Assembly (NCBI GenBank): GCA_035593605.1 | Contig: DAOSWS010000016.1 | Span: forward strand, 18,672-82,671 | Direction: 5' to 3' | DNA from: Thermoanaerobaculia bacterium | GTDB taxonomy: Bacteria > Acidobacteriota > Thermoanaerobaculia > UBA2201 > DAOSWS01 | Length of the DNA: 64,000 nucleotides | Shown here: piece after piece, positions 54,436 to 61,400 of the stretch | How the letters are laid out: every line of letters begins with the position of its first letter | Position numbering within the stretch: the first letter of the stretch is position 1 | The notes under the pieces: generated by a model | Told to the model about the DNA's origin: nothing | What the model saw: the letters and a program-made list of their open reading frames with translations, nothing else | The model's database searches: none | Program-made: the position numbers and the translations under genes

Positions 54436-57237
54436 ATGAGAACCAGGAATCTCCTTATAATATCCATTCTGCTCGGCTCCGCCATAATGTTTGCTCAGGT
54501 CAACCCGGACAGTTCCCGCATTATTGGAGAAACCATCGATCAGGTCGGAAGGCCCCTTTCCGGGGTTACCGTCTCCTTTACTCATAACCCAACGGGAAAG
54601 ATCTTTATCACCACCTCCAACACAGAGGGCGAGTTCCTCGTCGACTTTATGCCGGCCGGTATGTACACGGCCTCCGCCTCTCTGGAGAACTATCTGGCAA
54701 CGGAATCGGATTTCGAACTGGTGTTGGGCCAGGAACTCCCGTTGACCCTCATCCTCGTGGAAGAGGGATTTGTGGAAGAGGTCAGCGTTCGCTCGTCGAT
54801 CCCCCCCATCCCCTCCACAACGACTGACTCCGTGACCCACATTCCCACGGACATACTGGCTTCTCTTCCGCTCAACGGAAGGGACTTTTCCGACCTCGTG
54901 GCCTTAGCTCCCCAGGTGGTCAGCGATTCAGAGGAACGGATCCACATCGGCGGAGGCCGGGGCATTTTTACCTCTTACTTTCTGGACGGCGTGGATAACA
55001 ACAGCTCTTTCTTTGGCGAGGAGCGGGGCGGGACCCTTCCTCCTTTCACGCTCTCCCAGACCGCCGTGGCCGAGTTCCAGATTTCCCAGGTCCCCTTTTC
55101 CGTTCAGTATGGAGGTGCCGCGGGCGGCATTGTAAACGCTGTAACCCGGAGCGGTTCCTCCACCCTCATGGGTGACGTCTTTCTCTATTTCAAAAACGAT
55201 GCTCTGGTTGGAAAAGACGCGGCGGACCGCGAACCCGAGGATTTCGAGCAGACCCAGTACGGATTGACCCTGGGCGGTCCCTTCAGCCCGACCTGGTTTT
55301 ACTTTCTGAGTGCCGACATCCAGGACTATTCCCATCCGACCTTCCGGGAATGGGACGACCCCACCGGGGCTCTGAACAACCCCGACAACATCGCATATCT
55401 GAGCCAATTCCTCAACCTGGACAGGGAAACGGGAACGATCAACCAGACCAACGACGAAGAAGCGTTTCTGGTAAGAATCGATGGACAGCTTTCTACCGAA
55501 CATTCACTCTCAGCCCGAATTCAGCGATCCAATCAGGAAGGAATGAACCTGACCGACGATTTCCGCACTACGGGATATTCCAACAACGGAATTGAAAAGG
55601 ATGATTTCTGGTCCTTTGCCTTTCACCTGACTTCGGTTCTCGGACAGGGTACGGCAAATGAAATCGTATTTCAGTACGCCGATGAAAACCGGCCCAGGGA
55701 GGCCACGGTCACCGGCCTGCCCGAAGTTATTATCGGGTCAGGCTATGAGGCAACCTTCGGCCAGAAAAACTATCTCCCCAACAGTGTGGAGGAGAAAATC
55801 CTGGAATTCCGGGACAACTTCACCTTTTTCTGGAAGGCCCACACCTTTCGTCTGGGAGCCCGGGGCGTCTGGTCTTCCTTCTCCGACTGGTTTTACCGTT
55901 ACCAGCAGGGGTCTTACTTTTATGAATCGTGGAATGATTTTTTTTCAGGGGAACCCTCGCAATTTACTCAATCCTTCTCTGACGTGAATGGACTCGTTGA
56001 ATTTGACTCCACATACATGGCTCTCTACGCTCAGGACACCTACCGCTGGGACCGCTGGACCCTGACCGGCGGGTTACGTTACGAGCGTCAGACCTTTTCC
56101 GATCCCGACCTGAAGAACCCCCTTCTACCCCCTGCCAACGAAGCCCCTTCCTTCTCCGATTTTTCCCCCCGTATCTCCTTTGCCTGGGATATCCAGGGAG
56201 ACGGAACCCGGGTTCTTCGTGGAGGATGGGGTCGGTTCGTTTCCACGACACCGGCCCTTCTTGTCGCCACACCGTACCTCTTTAACGGAGTCACCGTTTC
56301 AAGATTCAATGTCGGCGCAGACGATCCGGCCATGCCCGACTTCCCCAATACCCTCCACGACGCGGGGGATCTGGCGGAGGTAACACCCGATGTCTACTAC
56401 TTCGCCTCCGACTTTGAACAGCCCCGCGTCGATCGGACCGTCCTTGAATACGAGCAGGCACTGGGGCGGCGGTGGACCGTCAGCATCGGTGGACACTATG
56501 CCGCCTTCGACCGACTGGAGCGCAAGCAGGACCAGAACCTTACGATCCTCGGAGAAAACCAGTATGACTCCAGGAACCGCCCCAATTCAGATTTCAAGAG
56601 AATGGTCGCTTTTGTGTCGGATTCATGGGGCCGATACAGCGCCATCACGGTCCAGGCCCGGTATCGGAGTCCAGATCTCTTCCTTCATGCCCATTACACC
56701 TATTCAAAAAGTAAGGACAACGATTCGAATGAGCGCAGTACATCAACCCGGGACCTCTTTCCCGAAGATCAGTATGATCTCTCTTCCTCGTGGGGAAACA
56801 GCAGCTTCGACTCTCCCCACCGGGTTGTCGTCTATGGCAGCTGGTCCTTTCATCCCCGATGGGCCCTGAGCGGACAGGCCATCGCCCAGTCGGGATTCCC
56901 TTATACGGCTTTGAGCCACGCCGACAGCAACGGGGACGGGTACTATACCGATTTTGCGACCTATGATGGCGTCCACTACGGACGAAACACTTTTCGTCAA
57001 CCCACGTACAAGACGCTCGACCTCAGACTTTCCTACACCCACCCCCTTGGCCCGGGATCTCTCATGATCATGCTCGATGCCTTCAATCTCTTTGACTGGG
57101 CCAACTGGACAACCGACCAGTACGTCTACACCATGAAGGATGCCGAAGGGAACGTCGTTCTCAATCCCACCTTTGGAGATGAAACTCTGCCGGGAGCCCC
57201 CCGTCAATTCCAGATCGGCCTCCGATACTCCTTCTGA
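54436..57237 (+). CDS. TonB-dependent-receptor-like outer-membrane protein with an N-terminal carboxypeptidase-regulatory-like domain
   Basis: GGAGGG RBS and a signal peptide. CarboxypepD_reg-like GETIDQVGRPLSGVTVSF...TTSNTEGEFLV. Plug-like LPLNGRDFSDLVALAPQV. The barrel ends ...QFQIGLRYSF. Confidence 0.8.
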   Translation: MRTRNLLIISILLGSAIMFAQVNPDSSRIIGETIDQVGRPLSGVTVSFTHNPTGKIFITTSNTEGEFLVDFMPAGMYTASASLENYLATESDFELVLGQELPLTLILVEEGFVEEVSVRSSIPPIPSTTTDSVTHIPTDILASLPLNGRDFSDLVALAPQVVSDSEERIHIGGGRGIFTSYFLDGVDNNSSFFGEERGGTLPPFTLSQTAVAEFQISQVPFSVQYGGAAGGIVNAVTRSGSSTLMGDVFLYFKNDALVGKDAADREPEDFEQTQYGLTLGGPFSPTWFYFLSADIQDYSHPTFREWDDPTGALNNPDNIAYLSQFLNLDRETGTINQTNDEEAFLVRIDGQLSTEHSLSARIQRSNQEGMNLTDDFRTTGYSNNGIEKDDFWSFAFHLTSVLGQGTANEIVFQYADENRPREATVTGLPEVIIGSGYEATFGQKNYLPNSVEEKILEFRDNFTFFWKAHTFRLGARGVWSSFSDWFYRYQQGSYFYESWNDFFSGEPSQFTQSFSDVNGLVEFDSTYMALYAQDTYRWDRWTLTGGLRYERQTFSDPDLKNPLLPPANEAPSFSDFSPRISFAWDIQGDGTRVLRGGWGRFVSTTPALLVATPYLFNGVTVSRFNVGADDPAMPDFPNTLHDAGDLAEVTPDVYYFASDFEQPRVDRTVLEYEQALGRRWTVSIGGHYAAFDRLERKQDQNLTILGENQYDSRNRPNSDFKRMVAFVSDSWGRYSAITVQARYRSPDLFLHAHYTYSKSKDNDSNERSTSTRDLFPEDQYDLSSSWGNSSFDSPHRVVVYGSWSFHPRWALSGQAIAQSGFPYTALSHADSNGDGYYTDFATYDGVHYGRNTFRQPTYKTLDLRLSYTHPLGPGSLMIMLDAFNLFDWANWTTDQYVYTMKDAEGNVVLNPTFGDETLPGAPRQFQIGLRYSF

Positions 57238-57358
57238 TCGAACCGGTAAACATATCAAACCCAGGATGTCATCCCTGCGGGGGATACGTCCGTCTATGGA
57301 GATGTAGCACACAGGAACGAACACCATGGACGCACGCAGGAAATGAAAGGAGATACAG

Positions 57359-57868
57359 ATGAAACACCTCGCCCTCGCAATCGGATGCATCACCCTGACC
57401 GCCGCCCTGATGGCACAACCCGGTCCTCAGGGTCCCCAGGGACTCCAGGGACCTCACGGTCAATGGTGGACCCTTCCCCAGGTCCAGGAAGCCCTGAACC
57501 TCTCCCAGGAACAGATTGACGCCCTGACCACCCTTCACACCGCACACGCCGAGAAGATGATCGATCTTCGGGCCAATCTTGAAAAGCTCCGTCTCAAAAT
57601 GGACCAGGCCCTTCAGAAAGATCCCTTCGTCGAGTCCGAAGCCCTGAGGCTGGCCGACGAAATCAACCGGGCACGATCGGTCATGGAGTCCGCACGCACG
57701 GAGATGCTGATCAAGTCCCGCGCCATCCTTACGCTGGAACAGTGGAACCAGATGAAAGCCCATCGGGCGGATCGAAAGGAAAAGAGACAGGACCGAAGGG
57801 AAGAATTCCGGGAAGAACGGGGGAACCGGGACCGGGACTTCCGCGGAGACCGGGGATTCCGTCGATAA
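57359..57868 (+). CDS. periplasmic Spy/CpxP-family (LTxxQ) chaperone-like protein
   Basis: AAGGAG RBS and a signal peptide. LSQEQIDAL and LTLEQWNQM motifs. Short collagen-like GPQGPQGLQGPHG after the signal peptide. Basic R/E/D-rich tail. Confidence 0.75.
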   Translation: MKHLALAIGCITLTAALMAQPGPQGPQGLQGPHGQWWTLPQVQEALNLSQEQIDALTTLHTAHAEKMIDLRANLEKLRLKMDQALQKDPFVESEALRLADEINRARSVMESARTEMLIKSRAILTLEQWNQMKAHRADRKEKRQDRREEFREERGNRDRDFRGDRGFRR

Positions 57869-57899
57869 TTCCACCACCCTCTGGTGATTCACACCTTGC

Positions 57900-57926
57900 G
57901 CCGGGGCCATGCCCCGGCTGTTTTTT
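57900..57926 (+). terminator. intrinsic terminator after the Spy-like gene
   Basis: GCCGGGGC-cat-GCCCCGGC followed by TGTTTTTT. Confidence 0.8.
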
Positions 57927-57990
57927 ATCTGCCCGATTTCTCTTGTCCATCCCGCCCGCTTATGAAACAATGCAGCATGAGGGGGTGATC

Positions 57991-58359
57991 ATGATTGACG
58001 TTACCTTTTCCGATACCACAGAGATCCGTATGGGGTCCCCGTTCAACATTTGCCGGATTTCCATTTCCGGCCCCTGGGTTCCTGACCTGCCTGAGACGGA
58101 CTGGCAGGATCTGAAGGCTCTCCGTGAGGACGGTGAGGCTCTGGCCCTGGTTCGATGGGATACGCCCGGAAACGTGCCGGGATTCAGGATTTACCTGCTC
58201 AACCGTGAGTCCGAGACGGTCACGGTCAGCGAAAGGTTCCCCGGATGCTGTCAGGAGCTTACGTGGATGGACAATATCACACTGACCTGGCAGGCTTTCC
58301 CGGATCTTCAGGGATCCTGGAACAGCCGTATCGAATCGCAGGAGAATCCTGAATATTGA
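57991..58359 (+). CDS. hypothetical 122-aa protein
   Basis: The track ORF 57742..58359 overlaps the Spy-like gene and the terminator. ATG 57991 follows GAGGGGG (alternative ATG 57970). MIDVTFSDTTEIRMGSPFNICRISISGPW... has no recognisable motif. Confidence 0.5.
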   Translation: MIDVTFSDTTEIRMGSPFNICRISISGPWVPDLPETDWQDLKALREDGEALALVRWDTPGNVPGFRIYLLNRESETVTVSERFPGCCQELTWMDNITLTWQAFPDLQGSWNSRIESQENPEY

Positions 58360-58485
58360 ATCGAAAAACAGAAAACAAATCGATTTTACGCAGGAATCGT
58401 TGTAACCAACAATTGACAAATCCGGGGAAATAGCGGATTGTAGTATCAGTGAAGGGATGTTGCTTTCTCCATTCCTGGAGGGAAA

Positions 58486-61400
58486 ATGAAACAATCTATC
58501 CTGCTGGCGCTATTGTCCATTCTGTCCATCCCACTCCTTTCATCGGGATTATACGCAGGAGAAACCCCAACTTCCCTCTCCGGGATCTCTCTTTCCCAAT
58601 CGAATGAAAGTCTTGATACCTGGTGGAATGAGGTTCAGGGGAACCTTTCAGAGGAAGAGTATTCCATCTCCTGGCAGGAGGAAACCTCCCTGCCGGAATC
58701 ACCTGGGATCTGGCAGGCCCCCAATCGAGCCCAGAACCTCCGTGTCTTTTTTTCGAATCGCGGTTATCAGATCGTTCCCAGGGAAGAAACCCCTCCCTCC
58801 TGGATGTGGGGATTAAGTATTGAAACGTGGGGAAGAGTCAGTTCCGTCCGGCCTGTCGAAGGCGAAAACGCCGAGGTCAGGGGAAACTCAATCACCTGCT
58901 TCCACAGGGACCTGAGGGAAACGTTTCAGAACACTCCGGAAGGAATCCAGCATCGCATTTCCATCCCTGTTCAACCCGATCGTCCTTCCTTGGATGGAGA
59001 CAACCTGGTCATCAATTTTTCCGTCGTCGGGACTCTCCACCCGGAAATCCAGGAAAGGAGCCGAACAGTCGAACTCTCGATTCCGGGAGGAAAAGCTGTT
59101 CTTCGTTACACAATTACAGGCGTAACGGATTCCGCCGGCATATCCCTGCCTGCTTATCTGGAGGGACGGACGGAGCACGGTACGCCGATCCTCCGCCTCG
59201 TCGTCATGGATCAGGATGCGGAATACCCCATCGAGATCGACGGCCTGACCAATACTTCGGTCTGGAGCGTCAGTGGAGTCAACCCCAATGAATGGCTTGG
59301 CTACTCGGTGAAGGTCGCAGGAGACGTCAACGGAGACGGGTACGACGATGTCATCGTGGGAATTCCCCAGCAGAATTCCTGCAGGGGCAAGGTCAATGTC
59401 TATTACGGATCTCCCTCGGGACTTTCGACGTCCCCAAACTGGACCACAACCGGAGCCATGGTTGATGCCTATTATGGTTTTTCGGTATCCACGGCCGGGG
59501 ATGTCAACGGGGACGGGTACAGTGATGTGATCATTGGATCAGCAGAGTATTCCAATGGACAATCCAGAGAAGGTGCCGCCTACGTATTTCATGGATCGTC
59601 CTCCGGGCTGGCCACTACACCGGCCTGGATGAAGGAGAGCAACATTGCGGATGCCTATTACGGATTTTCCGTCTCCACCGCCGGGGACATCAACGGGGAC
59701 GGCTACGGCGACGTGATCGTGGGGGCACCCAGGGTCACTGATTCCACCCAGTGGCAGGGGCAGGTCTGGGTCTATCACGGTTCTTCCTCCGGTCTTTCCA
59801 CCACACCCGCCTGGACCAAGATGGGTGGGTCGTACATGGTCCAGTACGGGTACTCCGTGTCCACGGCCGGAGACGTGAACGGGGACGGCTATGGTGACGT
59901 CGTCATCGGAGGGCCCTTTTATGACTACGACCCGCTCTATTCCAGGGGGAGGGCCTATTTCTACAGGGGCTCAAGCTCAGGTCTGGAAAGTTCGGCAAGC
60001 TGGTACATCGAAGGGTACCACCTCCATGGCGAGGTGGGATTTTCCGTATCCACGGCGGGAGACGTGAACGGAGACGGGTACGCTGATCTTCTGATCGGAA
60101 TTCGCAACCATGGATTCCACGGTGTTGCGGAGGTCTATTTCGGCAGCTCTTCGGGACCCTCTTCCTCGCCCAGCTGGTCTTACTCCTATGGAAATTCATC
60201 CTCACTCGGAACGTCCGTATCCACGGCCGGGGATATCAATGGCGATGGTTACGCGGACATTATCGTGGGAGACCCCACGTACGACGGATGGAATGGACGA
60301 ACGTACGTCTTTACGGGATCGGCGACGGGACCTTCTTCCAATCCTTCCTGGATTAAGATTTCGAACGAAGGCTACGGGTATTTCGGTTTTTCCGTTTCGA
60401 CGGCCGGCGACACCAATGGAGACGGGTTCAGCGAGATTATAATCGGTGCCTACGGGTGGAATACCAGCGAATACGGTGATGAGGGAATGGCCTTCGTGTA
60501 CAACGGGGGAAGCAACGGCCTGTCGACTCAGCCTCAATGGGAACAAAACGGAGCGAATGTCTTTTCCCTTTTCGGATTTTCCGTATCCGACGCGGGTGAC
60601 GTGAACGGGGACGGGTATGGAGATGTCCTGGTCGGGGCACCGGAATATGACAATGGAGAAGCCAATGAAGGCCGCGCCCTCCTCTACCAGGGAACCTCGT
60701 CGGGACTCAGTACGACCTACAGCTGGTCCGGTGAAGGGAACCAGGAAAACGCCCGGTTCGGCTATTCGGTCTCCGGCGCAGGGGACACGAATGGAGACGG
60801 GTATGGCGACGTGGTCATCGGAGCTCCCGGATATTCTTCCGAGGGCAGTGAAACTGGCCGTGTCTTTATTTATAACGGCACATCCTCGGGTCTGGTCTCA
60901 GCCCCCACGTTAGCCATCGATGGCAGCTCTCCCGACGCAATGTTCGGATACTCAGTCTCCGAGGCCGGGGACGTGAACGGCGACGGTATGGGGGATATCC
61001 TCGTGGGTTCACCTTATTATGATGGAGGATTGACACAGCGAGGCCTCGTACAGGCCTACGCCGGATCGGCCAACGGGGTGTCTTCCACACCTCTCTGGTC
61101 TTCTATTGGAGAGAACAGTTTTGCTTACTTCGGAATCTCTGTAACCGGCGCAGGCGATGTCAACGGAGATGGCTACAGCGATGTTTTGATCGGATCCAGC
61201 GGCTTCAGCGGCGGCGAAGTTTCCGAGGGAAAGGCCTATCTCTACCAGGGTTCAGTTTCCGGCCCCTCTTCCGCTCCTGCCTGGACACAGGAATCGAACC
61301 AGGCCGATGCCCGATTCGGGATTTCCGTCTCCCGGGCCGGCGATGTGAACGGGGACGGGTTCGGGGACATCCTGATCGGAGCCGATCACTATGAAAACGG

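Noticed and set aside
57395-57450. Collagen-like GPQGPQGLQGPHG repeat at the Spy-like N-terminus
   Set aside because: Only about four G-X-Y triplets sit directly after the signal peptide. That is too short to argue for a collagen-like domain, so it is noted only in the feature evidence.
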